Below are positions 16,862 through 25,797 of a stretch of 64,000 nucleotides of DNA, in pieces. The notes under the pieces were generated by a model. It saw nothing but the letters and a program-made list of their open reading frames with translations, was not told the DNA's origin and did not search any database. How positions within the stretch are numbered: the first letter of the stretch is position 1; every line of letters starts with the position of its first letter. Origin of the DNA: a virus (taxonomy: Duplodnaviria > Caudoviricetes); IMG/VR virus record IMGVR_UViG_3300046170_000287, positions 643-64,642 of that record. One strand, 5' to 3'. The translations under genes were made by a program, and so were the position numbers.

Positions 16862-16934
16862 TGACTCATGGTGTAATTGGTAACACGTCTGGTTTTGGTC
16901 CAGAAGAGTTCAGGTTCGAGACCTGATGAGTCAA
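16862..16934 (+). tRNA. tRNA-Gln (anticodon TTG)
   Basis: Full cloverleaf: TGACTCA/TGAGTCA, GTGT/ACAC, TCTGG-TTTTGGT-CCAGA, TCAGG-TTCGAGA-CCTGA; CCA not encoded. Confidence 0.93.
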
Positions 16935-16953
16935 CTAATTTTAAAATAAATAA

Positions 16954-17184
16954 ATGACAGAAGAAGAAATGGAAAATATAGCAGATCTAGTAGTAAAAAA
17001 ACTAGTTAAGCTACAACAAGATGGTGAAATATATTTAGGTTTAGCTCAAGAAGATTTAATATTATCTGAAATAGCTAGACTTACAACTCTATTGTCATCA
17101 CACGAAGAGCAAGAGCATTATGAAGCTGCTGCTATTATACACAATAAAATAAAACACTTAGAAAACAAATTAAAAAACTTATGA
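16954..17184 (+). CDS. Small protein with a UVR (UvrB/C-like) coiled-coil motif
   Basis: EEQEHYEAAAIIHNKIKHLE resembles the UVR consensus E.YE.AA..RD.I..L. Confidence 0.5.
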   Translation: MTEEEMENIADLVVKKLVKLQQDGEIYLGLAQEDLILSEIARLTTLLSSHEEQEHYEAAAIIHNKIKHLENKLKNL

Positions 17185-18008
17185 TAAAACCAATGCTTGC
17201 ACACAAGGTCGGTAAAAAAGAAGTCGACTGGTCTGCAAAGAATTTTATACAACCAAAGCTTGACGGCGTGCGTTGTATATTTACTAAAGACGGCGCGTAC
17301 TCTCGTACCGGTAAACAATTTAAAAACGTAGCTCATCTTGAAGAAGATCTTGAAGACTTTTTTAATGACAACCCTAATTCAATACTTGACGGTGAGTTGT
17401 ATAATCACGATCTAAAGCATGATTTTGAAAAGATCATATCTTTGGTCAGAAAACAAAAACCAACAGACGAGAATCGGTTTGAAGCTGGTAATCTTGTACA
17501 ATACCACGTGTATGATACTATATGGGACGGTGTTACATATGAAGATCGTTACAATTGGCTAAGAATGAACTTGCCAATATACAAAACTATGACACTTATT
17601 GCTAATACTACAGTTGATAGTATTGGTGAAGCTAAAATGCTTCATGACGTACACTTGGCAAAAGGCTACGAAGGTTCTATGCTGCGTACAAATGGATTGT
17701 ATGAGCAAAAACGATCATACAACTTACAGAAGTTTAAAGACTTTCATGACACTGAAGCTACAATTGTAGGCTATGAAGCAGGTAAAGGTAAATTTACAGG
17801 TCTTATTGGCAAGTTTTTTATGCAAGATGATGACGGTAATAAATTTGGCTGTCCAATCGGTAAAGGTTACAACTTTGCAGATCGTAAAGTAATACTTGAC
17901 AATATACACGACTATATTGGTCAAAGAGCTACTTTTACGTACTTTCAACGTACAAATGCAGGTAGTTACAGGCACCCATTATTTAAAACAATTAGAAACT
18001 ATGAGTAA
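17181..18008 (+). CDS. ATP-dependent DNA ligase
   Basis: Motif I QPKLDGVR, LDGELY, EGSMLR, LQKFK; C-terminal OB domain (GSYRHP). Confidence 0.93.
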   Translation: MIKPMLAHKVGKKEVDWSAKNFIQPKLDGVRCIFTKDGAYSRTGKQFKNVAHLEEDLEDFFNDNPNSILDGELYNHDLKHDFEKIISLVRKQKPTDENRFEAGNLVQYHVYDTIWDGVTYEDRYNWLRMNLPIYKTMTLIANTTVDSIGEAKMLHDVHLAKGYEGSMLRTNGLYEQKRSYNLQKFKDFHDTEATIVGYEAGKGKFTGLIGKFFMQDDDGNKFGCPIGKGYNFADRKVILDNIHDYIGQRATFTYFQRTNAGSYRHPLFKTIRNYE

Positions 18009-18166
18009 ATTAATATGGAAATTATATCATGAGAATATGATATCAGACGAAGTAGTAGGAATTTTATTAGATAAACTATATGAGTAGACTAAAGACGTAT
18101 AAGCATTTAATTGCAACCGATGCATTCGGTATAAGAACCAAAATTAAGAATTTTGTTAAACCAAGG

Positions 18167-18211
18167 GTGACAAAAGCCCTTAAAGGTAATAAAGTAAGAG
18201 GCTAATGTCAC
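18167..18211. repeat. 45-bp inverted-repeat box B, overlapping the start codon of the HTH gene
   Basis: GTGACAAAAGCC...AGGCTAATGTCAC; same length as box A. Confidence 0.8.
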
Positions 18212-18819
18212 ATGACAGAAATATAAAATGGTTAAATGATAGGCATGTTATTTACAGGAGAGATCCAGTAAGTGACGTGCCTACCGTTGAAACCGCTCAT
18301 TACAAATACTATGAAGATGGTACACACGAGTGTTATCACTTGTTTAATAGCAAGGCTAAGATAACTACGTACAGGTCTTTGAAGTGGCATTTTTATGTTT
18401 TATATTTTCTTAATCAAGATAAAGGTTTGTTACCTACAAATGTATATGAATTTATAGCTGACAAAGAAAACGGTTTTGTAACATTTTTTATAAGTGATAG
18501 AAAACTACAAGCTATGATAGATGATGTATTTCAAAATGGTGGCGAACCACCTGTAAATAAAAAACGTAAAATACTATTTAAAGACTATAGCGGTTTAACA
18601 CCTAATGAAAAAATGAGTATAGTAGGCACGTTGATTGGTAGATCTAGTCGCGTAGACGGTGAAGCAATTTACCAATGCATGCTAGATATAAATGATTATG
18701 GCAAAAAAATAACGTGGAGCAGAGTAGCGGGTCTACTTAATTGTTCTACTAGAACTATTCAACGTAATATTAACGATGCTTTAAAGCAAGAAAAACAAAT
18801 ATTAAATGAAGAAATATAA
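18205..18819 (+). CDS. DNA-binding protein with C-terminal HTH (regulator or replication initiator)
   Basis: ITWSRVAGLLNCSTRTIQRNI helix-turn-helix. Confidence 0.6.
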   Translation: MSHDRNIKWLNDRHVIYRRDPVSDVPTVETAHYKYYEDGTHECYHLFNSKAKITTYRSLKWHFYVLYFLNQDKGLLPTNVYEFIADKENGFVTFFISDRKLQAMIDDVFQNGGEPPVNKKRKILFKDYSGLTPNEKMSIVGTLIGRSSRVDGEAIYQCMLDINDYGKKITWSRVAGLLNCSTRTIQRNINDALKQEKQILNEEI

Positions 18820-19561
18820 TGTACAAAACTATATAAGGTATAAAAATGATCTTAAAAAATCTATGCCTGAAGAAAAGTTTTATGATTATTACACAAGAGA
18901 CGAACTTATAATAAAGTTTATGCCACTTGTAGAAAATCTAGCTCGTAAGTTTTCAACAACACAGCAAGCATCAGGCGTATTAAGTATTAATGATCTTATA
19001 CAGATCGGCGCAGAAGGTTTAATAAAAGCTGTAGACAAGCTTGATTGGCTAATGTTAGCTGACTCAGAAGACATAGAAAAAACATTAAAGTCGTTCTTTG
19101 CAAAACGAATAAAAGGCATTATTAGAAGACGTATAGACATGGCTCGCGGCGGTATGCGTATACCAGAGCATAAGCTAAATGAAATACGTAAAAATCCTAA
19201 AGACAAGAAAATGGTTGAAATATTTTTCAACAGTATGTTTTTAAGTATAGATGCTAGAGTTACTAATGACGACGAAGAAAATATGATGTATCAAATAGCA
19301 GACGACTCAGAGCCTTATAATATTCAGCTCATGAACGTTTATTTAAAAAGCTTGATGCAAAAATACTTAAATAAAAACGAATATGAAGTGTTAAGACTTA
19401 GTTATGGTCTTGACTGTGACAAGCATTCTGCTAATGAAATTGCGGCTAAACTTAAAATCAAAGGATCAGGCGCTTACGTGCGTGTTTCAGAGCTAAAAAA
19501 GCAAGCTGTACAAGCATTAATCGACAATGTTGATCACTCGCAAGTGCTTGACTTTGTATAA
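18806..19561 (+). CDS. Sigma-70-family RNA polymerase sigma factor
   Basis: Region 2 (LVENLARKF...DLIQIGAEGLIKAVDK), MRIPEH, region 4 (EVLRLSYGL...EIAAKL...VRVSELKKQAVQAL). Confidence 0.88.
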   Translation: MKKYNVQNYIRYKNDLKKSMPEEKFYDYYTRDELIIKFMPLVENLARKFSTTQQASGVLSINDLIQIGAEGLIKAVDKLDWLMLADSEDIEKTLKSFFAKRIKGIIRRRIDMARGGMRIPEHKLNEIRKNPKDKKMVEIFFNSMFLSIDARVTNDDEENMMYQIADDSEPYNIQLMNVYLKSLMQKYLNKNEYEVLRLSYGLDCDKHSANEIAAKLKIKGSGAYVRVSELKKQAVQALIDNVDHSQVLDFV

Positions 19562-19569
19562 GTTATAAA

Positions 19570-19602
19570 TGTAAATCATTAAATCAATGTGTAATTATAT
19601 TA
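19570..19602 (+). promoter_or_regulatory. Late/middle-type promoter motif upstream of the recombination-replication operon
   Basis: TGTAAA...GTGTAATTATATTA, same spacing as the minus-strand copies. Confidence 0.45.
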
Positions 19603-19624
19603 ATATACCAAAACAATAAACCAT

Positions 19625-20167
19625 ATGACCATAAATGAAAAACTGGCTACAATCCAGACAAAGTTTAAATCTAAAAAATCAAGATTTAACTCATTCGGCA
19701 AATACTACTTCAGATCAGCCGAAGACATTCTCGAAGCAACAAAACCCTACCTATTAGAGTTAGGAGTATCAGTAACGATTAATGAAGAACTAGTCGATAA
19801 CCACGTTATGCCTATAATGAAAACAACTGCAACTGTATCGGATGGCGAAAATGCTATACACGCTACAGCTTTAGTTGGTGTTGACATTAATCAAAAAGGT
19901 ATGCAAACACCTCAACAGTTCGGTTCTGCTTCGAGCTACGGTAAGAAATATGCCTTAGGCAATTTATTTCTAATCGACGACACTCAAGACAGCGATGCTG
20001 TTAATACACACGGTAAAGCACCAAAAGCAAAAAACACATTAACCTCTACAAAAGATCCAGCTTTTTCAAAAGCTAGAGCCTATTTAAAATCAGGAGGCAA
20101 GTTAGATGCTATAAAAGCTAAATATGCCTTATCTAAGGAAGTTGAGGCCGAATTAAATACTCTATAA
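19625..20167 (+). CDS. ERF-family single-strand annealing protein
   Basis: FGKYYFRSAEDIL; QQFGSASSYGKKYALGNLFLIDD...DSD. Confidence 0.85.
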   Translation: MTINEKLATIQTKFKSKKSRFNSFGKYYFRSAEDILEATKPYLLELGVSVTINEELVDNHVMPIMKTTATVSDGENAIHATALVGVDINQKGMQTPQQFGSASSYGKKYALGNLFLIDDTQDSDAVNTHGKAPKAKNTLTSTKDPAFSKARAYLKSGGKLDAIKAKYALSKEVEAELNTL

Positions 20168-20892
20168 TGAAAGACGTATTAAAAAAGCTAGAAAATGACG
20201 AACACTATTATGGTAAATTTGGAAAACAATACCTTAGTAATTCTGATATTTCTACGTTACTTACAAATCCTTTAGCGCTTGGTCAACCATCAAAGCAAAT
20301 ACCAGCTTTCTTGGTTGGCGGGTACTTTCACACGGCTATACTCGAACCTGAAAAACTTAAGAAGTTTAAAATAGTAGAGTCAACCACAAGAAATACTAAA
20401 GCGTATAAAGAGATATCTGGCGGTGAAATGTGTTTACTACAACACGAAGTAGATAAGATCGATCTAATGACTGAAAAGGTATTAGCAAACGATATGTGTA
20501 GAGATCTTATACGCGGAATAAATGTAGAATACGAACGACCAGGTATTGCAGAGCTTGAAGGTTTAAATTGGAAAGGCAAAGCAGATATAGTAAACCATGA
20601 TGAAAAACTTATTATTGATCTTAAAACAACAGCAGATCTAAATAAGTTTAAGTGGTCTGCATCTAAGTACAATTACGATTCGCAAGCTTACATATACAGT
20701 AAGTTATTTGGTTATGAATTTGTTTTCATAGCTATAGATAAAACAACGCATCAAATAGGTATATTCGACTGTTCTCCACAATTTTATGAGAGAGGAGCTG
20801 ATAAAGTTCAACGAGCATCAGAACAATATAAACTATTTTATCAATCCGAGGATTTTGATCCTCAACAATTTTTTATTAATCAAACCCTATAA
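20167..20892 (+). CDS. PD-(D/E)xK exonuclease (exonuclease VIII/DUF3799-like)
   Basis: LSNSDI, GGYFHTAILEP, KGKAD, IIDLKTT, YDSQAYIY. Confidence 0.8.
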   Translation: MKDVLKKLENDEHYYGKFGKQYLSNSDISTLLTNPLALGQPSKQIPAFLVGGYFHTAILEPEKLKKFKIVESTTRNTKAYKEISGGEMCLLQHEVDKIDLMTEKVLANDMCRDLIRGINVEYERPGIAELEGLNWKGKADIVNHDEKLIIDLKTTADLNKFKWSASKYNYDSQAYIYSKLFGYEFVFIAIDKTTHQIGIFDCSPQFYERGADKVQRASEQYKLFYQSEDFDPQQFFINQTL

Positions 20893-20896
20893 ACAA

Positions 20897-21076
20897 ATGG
20901 CAAGAACCAGAAAAAACCAAACAAAAGTATGCAGTGTAACAGGATTAGAAACTAGCATAAACAACTTTTACAAAAACCAAACACACGTTAAAGCTGTAGA
21001 TAATCTACGTCGTAACAGTAATGCTACTAAAGATCAGATGCAGCGCATGTTTAATCAATTAAATTCTTACGTATAA
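20897..21076 (+). CDS. Hypothetical protein (start moved to ATG 20897)
   Basis: A-rich leader; avoids a long overlap with the exonuclease gene. Confidence 0.55.
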   Translation: MARTRKNQTKVCSVTGLETSINNFYKNQTHVKAVDNLRRNSNATKDQMQRMFNQLNSYV

Positions 21077-21381
21077 TGGCAAGTATAATTAAAGCTAGTA
21101 TTAACCTTAATGATATACCTAAAGATAAAATTATCATAGGTAAAAAAGGTAAATACTTACCTATAACAATAACGATTAATGATGAAGTCGATCAGTTCGG
21201 CAATCAAGGCCCTATTGTTGTAGCGCAATCAAAAGAAGAGCGTGAGTCTAAAACAGCTAAAACCTACCTAGGTAACGTTCAAGTTGTATGGACTAACGGC
21301 GACAATGTTGCAACTGCGCCACGTGATGACCAACCGCAACGAGCAACACCAGCAGCAGCTGAGGTAGATTTACCATTTTAA
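21076..21381 (+). CDS. Single-stranded DNA-binding protein (putative)
   Basis: Acidic C-terminal tail ending DLPF; located before the primase-helicase. Confidence 0.7.
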   Translation: MASIIKASINLNDIPKDKIIIGKKGKYLPITITINDEVDQFGNQGPIVVAQSKEERESKTAKTYLGNVQVVWTNGDNVATAPRDDQPQRATPAAAEVDLPF

Positions 21382-21390
21382 TTAAATTAA

Positions 21391-23118
21391 ATGCAGACAA
21401 CAGAGATCAATGGATTCTTGATTGATGATTTCAATCAATATAAGCTAGAAGAAGGGAAGAAACAAGGGATTTGTCCTTTGTGCTCTCACACTAGAAAACC
21501 TAAGAATCAAAAGGCAAAATGTGCGTCTTATGATTGGGAACGGGGTCTCGGTACTTGTCACAACTGTAACACATCATTTCAATTACACACGTATCAACGT
21601 AAAGGTGATACTACAAGAGTGTATGAAAAACCTAAACAACCTGATCCTGAATATCCTGGGTTAGATTATGGTTTAGACGATAAGGTTACACAGTGGTTTA
21701 AATCAAGAGGAATATCATCAGAGACCTTGCTTGACTTAAAGGTTGGGCAGGGCTCTGAATATATGCCTCAAACTGGTAAAACCGAGAACGCTATAAAGTT
21801 TAATTATTTCATAGGCGGTGAGTTAATAAATATTAAATACCGTGATGCAAGAAAAAACTTTAAATTATATAAAGGAGCTGAAAAAGTATTTTATAATATT
21901 GATAGCACTATAGGTTATGACTCTTGTGTCATAGTTGAAGGTGAAATGGATGTATTAGCTTTACATGAAGCTGGTATTACAAATGCAATATCTGTACCTA
22001 ACGGTGCTACATTAAATACTAATAACTTAGATTATCTTGATAATTGTATTGATTATTTTGAAGATAAAGAAAAAGTTATATTAGCTGTAGATTCAGACGA
22101 AGCAGGTCAAGCATTACAAGCGGAGCTTATAAGAAGATTAGGATCTGAGGTATGCTACATAGCTACGTTTGATGATTGTAAAGATGCTAACGAATATTTA
22201 TTAAAATATGACAAACAAAAACTGGCAGAGCGTATTACAGGATCAAGACCGGTACCGCTTGAAAATGTCACGACATTTAGGGACATTGAAGACGAAGTCA
22301 CGGACTTTGTACGTAACGGGTTTAAGCCTGGATATCAAATTGGCTTGGAAAACTTTGACAATATCTTTTCAACTTATACTGGTCAGTTTATTACTGTCAC
22401 TGGTATTCCGAGTAGCGGGAAATCAGATTTTGTCGATCAGATGGTTATTGGCTATAACAAAAACTATGGCTGGAAAACGGCGTTTGCTAGTCCGGAAAAT
22501 GTCCCAACTTACCTTCACGCGCATAAGTTAATGCGTAAGGTTTGGCAAGGCATGCCAACAGCAGCTGATATACACGGCGATAGATGGAATAAAGTAGCTG
22601 ATCATTGCAATGCAAATTTCTTTCATATTGACATGGAACGATATACACTTGAATCAGTGCTACGTAAAGGCGCTGAGCTAGTTAAACGTAAAGGTATTAA
22701 ATGTCTTGTTATTGATCCGTTTAATAAAGTAAGAGACATAGACTGCAAAACAGAAGATGTTAATCGCTACACAATGGAGTACTTAACAAAAATTGAAATG
22801 TTCGCTAAAAAGTTTGATGTTTTAGTTTTTGTTGTAGCACACCCAACTAAAATGTATAAAGACAAAGACGGCAAGATTGAAGAGCCTACAATGTACAGCA
22901 TTAAAGGTGGTGGCGAATGGTACGATGCTAGTTATCACGGTATATTAGTTCATAGAGATTATGAAGCTAGAACTGTTAAAGCTAAAGTACTTAAAGTTAA
23001 GTTTCAAAACCTTGGTGAAAATCAAGCTGAAGCACATTTTAAGTGGGAACCAAAGTCTGGTTGCTTTATACCACACGAACCTATTAGTATTAATGACGAG
23101 CCAATGCCTTGGGAATAA
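21391..23118 (+). CDS. Primase-helicase (T7 gp4/Twinkle-like)
   Basis: Zn finger CPLC...CHNC; TOPRIM VEGEMD and DSDEAG; Walker A GIPSSGKS; LVIDP; VAHP. Confidence 0.93.
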   Translation: MQTTEINGFLIDDFNQYKLEEGKKQGICPLCSHTRKPKNQKAKCASYDWERGLGTCHNCNTSFQLHTYQRKGDTTRVYEKPKQPDPEYPGLDYGLDDKVTQWFKSRGISSETLLDLKVGQGSEYMPQTGKTENAIKFNYFIGGELINIKYRDARKNFKLYKGAEKVFYNIDSTIGYDSCVIVEGEMDVLALHEAGITNAISVPNGATLNTNNLDYLDNCIDYFEDKEKVILAVDSDEAGQALQAELIRRLGSEVCYIATFDDCKDANEYLLKYDKQKLAERITGSRPVPLENVTTFRDIEDEVTDFVRNGFKPGYQIGLENFDNIFSTYTGQFITVTGIPSSGKSDFVDQMVIGYNKNYGWKTAFASPENVPTYLHAHKLMRKVWQGMPTAADIHGDRWNKVADHCNANFFHIDMERYTLESVLRKGAELVKRKGIKCLVIDPFNKVRDIDCKTEDVNRYTMEYLTKIEMFAKKFDVLVFVVAHPTKMYKDKDGKIEEPTMYSIKGGGEWYDASYHGILVHRDYEARTVKAKVLKVKFQNLGENQAEAHFKWEPKSGCFIPHEPISINDEPMPWE

Positions 23119-23373
23119 ATGGCATGGGGTAAAAAGATAAACATGGGTACGTACTCGGCGTCAAAGTTAGAACTAAAAGCTTATATATGGTGTATAAGAA
23201 ATAAAATATATATTGCACCTAAAGCTATTAACGACGCTAAATGGTCTATTGTTATAACAAACAACGGTAAAACACATGAAGATCCTAGTCATTATATTAA
23301 AGACTTAATATGGGAGAAGATTTACGAATATTATAAATACTATTATGAAAAACACATTTCACAATGCAGATGA
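23119..23373 (+). CDS. Hypothetical protein
   Basis: Abuts the primase stop codon. Confidence 0.6.
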   Translation: MAWGKKINMGTYSASKLELKAYIWCIRNKIYIAPKAINDAKWSIVITNNGKTHEDPSHYIKDLIWEKIYEYYKYYYEKHISQCR

Positions 23374-23986
23374 AGCATATGACGCTTTACTTGATGAGGT
23401 TATTATAAACGGTATAGAGTTTGATGGCACGCAGGCTATATTTAACTGCGGCTTTTATATGATAAACCCCGAAGATAATCACATAACAAACAAACAGCGT
23501 AACTGGAGTTTAGAGTACGCTGAAGCTGAATGGCAATGGTATTTGTCTGGCGATCCTAGCATTGATAAGCTTGGCGAACTGTATGGTAAGATACCACCAA
23601 TATGGGAACGTATGGCAGACAGTGATCGTAAAGTCAATAGCAACTACGGTTATCAATGGAAACGTAAAGCTCAAATAGACTATGTCTGTGCAAAGCTTAA
23701 ATCAAATCCTAACACACGTCATGCGGCAATTAGTATATACGACGGCAAAGAATATGATAAATACAAGAAGGATACGCCGTGTACTTATGCAGTTCAGTTT
23801 ACGATCATAGGTAAACAATTGTGTATGTCCGTCTATATGCGTTCTAATGACATCTGGTACGGTTTCTGTAATGATCAGTATCAATTTTCATCATTACAAA
23901 AAATGATTGCTTACAGACTGAATTTAGAAATTGGTTGGTATTACCATCACGCGCACAACATGCATTTGTATAATGATAAACTTTAA
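23345..23986 (+). CDS. Thymidylate-synthase-fold enzyme, T4 gp42-like dCMP (hydroxy)methylase
   Basis: NSNYG, PCT (not PCH), MRSNDIWYGFCND with Asp at the position of the ThyA dUMP-specifying Asn. Confidence 0.75.
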   Translation: MKNTFHNADEAYDALLDEVIINGIEFDGTQAIFNCGFYMINPEDNHITNKQRNWSLEYAEAEWQWYLSGDPSIDKLGELYGKIPPIWERMADSDRKVNSNYGYQWKRKAQIDYVCAKLKSNPNTRHAAISIYDGKEYDKYKKDTPCTYAVQFTIIGKQLCMSVYMRSNDIWYGFCNDQYQFSSLQKMIAYRLNLEIGWYYHHAHNMHLYNDKL

Positions 23987-23991
23987 AAAAT

Positions 23992-24792
23992 ATGTATTAT
24001 TTATACCACATACCGGGTAAAAAGATCGGTGTTACACGTGATCTTAATACACGGGTTACCCTTATGCAAGGTTATAAGGAGAATGAGTATGAAGTTCTTG
24101 AACAGTCAGACGATATAAGTTATATATCAGACCGTGAAATAGAACTTCAAAAGTCTTACGGCTATAAAGTCGATAGAAAACTATATAAACACTTATTTAA
24201 TAAAATGAATATAAACGCAACACAACAAACCTCAACTTTCCCTTGTCCAGTCAATAAATTAAAAGGACAATTACACGATAACATAGGTCTTACTTGGCAT
24301 ACAGAATTTGGCCAGTTTAAAATTACTAAACAAAATATTCTGTGGATAATTAGAAATGTTAAAGAGTCAATGTATAACAATGAAAGATGTTATATATATA
24401 ATAAAGCTTTTTATGAAGCTTTCTTTAATCCTCATCACACGCCTCAACCTGAATTAAAATACGATACTAGTGTAGATAAAATACCAGGTCGTTTTGATCT
24501 TATAAGAATGTGGGCTAAAGACAGAGGTATTTATGATAAAGGTAATTCACATACGCAATATGTAAAGCTGATGGAAGAGGCTGGTGAACTAGCTGCTGCA
24601 TTGCTTAACAAGGATAAACCTGAAATACAAGATGCTATCGGTGATATGGTCGTAGTACTTACAAACCTAGCAGAGCTTGAGAACTTTGCAATCGAAGATT
24701 GCGTTGATTTAGCTTATGCTGAGATATGTAATAGAACTGGCGTGATGCACAACGGTACATTTGTTAAAACAGGAGTAAAAGAAACGTTATGA
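23992..24792 (+). CDS. Fusion: GIY-YIG-like N-terminus plus C-terminal MazG-like NTP pyrophosphohydrolase
   Basis: YYLY...KIGVTRDLNTR...E; KLMEEAGELA...DAIGDMVVVL. Confidence 0.75.
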   Translation: MYYLYHIPGKKIGVTRDLNTRVTLMQGYKENEYEVLEQSDDISYISDREIELQKSYGYKVDRKLYKHLFNKMNINATQQTSTFPCPVNKLKGQLHDNIGLTWHTEFGQFKITKQNILWIIRNVKESMYNNERCYIYNKAFYEAFFNPHHTPQPELKYDTSVDKIPGRFDLIRMWAKDRGIYDKGNSHTQYVKLMEEAGELAAALLNKDKPEIQDAIGDMVVVLTNLAELENFAIEDCVDLAYAEICNRTGVMHNGTFVKTGVKETL

Positions 24793-25103
24793 AAATAGAT
24801 ACTAAAGACGAGATAGTACTAGCAGTACTTAAGAAAATGGATCAACGCAGTATGATCGGTCAAAAGAAATACGGAGCTACAATGATGCAAGAGATTGAAG
24901 GTCAAGAAAAAGATCTTAATCGTTTCTTAGTTGACGTACAGGAAGAACTAATGGATGCTTTGCTATACATTGAAGCTGCTAAACGTTGTTTGACTGATGA
25001 GATCGAAGAGGCAATGCTTAATCGTATAAACGTTATAGGTCAAAATGGTAATGATGGTTTACACTATCACGATATAGAAATAAATGAAGCGGAGACCTTA
25101 TAA
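24789..25103 (+). CDS. Putative all-alpha NTP pyrophosphohydrolase-like protein
   Basis: R...GQKKYG...QEELMDALLY pattern. Confidence 0.55.
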   Translation: MKIDTKDEIVLAVLKKMDQRSMIGQKKYGATMMQEIEGQEKDLNRFLVDVQEELMDALLYIEAAKRCLTDEIEEAMLNRINVIGQNGNDGLHYHDIEINEAETL

Positions 25104-25542
25104 ACGTAAGAAAAAACGCGGGCCAGTACAGTCAAAGAAAGTATCATACGATGGTATTAACTTTGCATCTGGCCTTGAGCGTTATATGTATATGGCTTTG
25201 AAAAATGCAAAGATCAAGTCTAAGTACGAAGGTGAAACCTTTGTTTTATTAGCTGGTTTTCATTTTGATAATGAAGTATACGAAAGATGTGCTAACGGCA
25301 AAGGTGATTACAAAAACAGAGGCTGCAAACGTATACTACCTATTAAGTACACACCTGATTTTATTGGTGATGACTTTATAATTGAAACAAAAGGTAGAGC
25401 TAACGAGTCATTTCCAATGCGTTGGAAGTTATTTAAAAGACTTGTTATGACGCAGTTTCCTAACGTAACACTATATAAACCACAAAATCAAAAAGAATGC
25501 GACGAGACAGTAAAGTTAATCCTTTCGAGGCGAAAAGGATAG
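25084..25542 (+). CDS. Endonuclease I-like junction resolvase (T7 gp3-like)
   Basis: FASGLE, YTPDF, IIETKG. Confidence 0.8.
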   Translation: MKRRPYKRKKKRGPVQSKKVSYDGINFASGLERYMYMALKNAKIKSKYEGETFVLLAGFHFDNEVYERCANGKGDYKNRGCKRILPIKYTPDFIGDDFIIETKGRANESFPMRWKLFKRLVMTQFPNVTLYKPQNQKECDETVKLILSRRKG

Positions 25543-25647
25543 CAAGACAAAAGTACGCTGAGCGTCAAATAGATAAATGGTGGCAATGGAGCTGGGAAGC
25601 GCGAGGCAAAATAAAATATAAAGAACTAATAGAAATACAAGACAAAT

Positions 25648-25797
25648 ATGGCATCAGAACAGAATAAACAATGGAGCTTGTCAATAGGTACTTATCCAGG
25701 CATATTATTTGGATTAAGATCATACGAAGAAGACAACCAAACAACGCACGTAGCATACTTACCTTTTATAGATGTTGCATTAGAAATATATAAGTAA
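25648..25797 (+). CDS. Small hypothetical protein (MASEQNKQWSLSIG...), not in the ORF track
   Basis: 49-aa ORF whose stop overlaps the nrdB ATG (TAATG). Confidence 0.5.
   Translation: MASEQNKQWSLSIGTYPGILFGLRSYEEDNQTTHVAYLPFIDVALEIYK

Noticed and set aside
23345-23986. Canonical thyA
   Set aside because: PCT instead of PCH and Asp instead of the dUMP-specifying Asn
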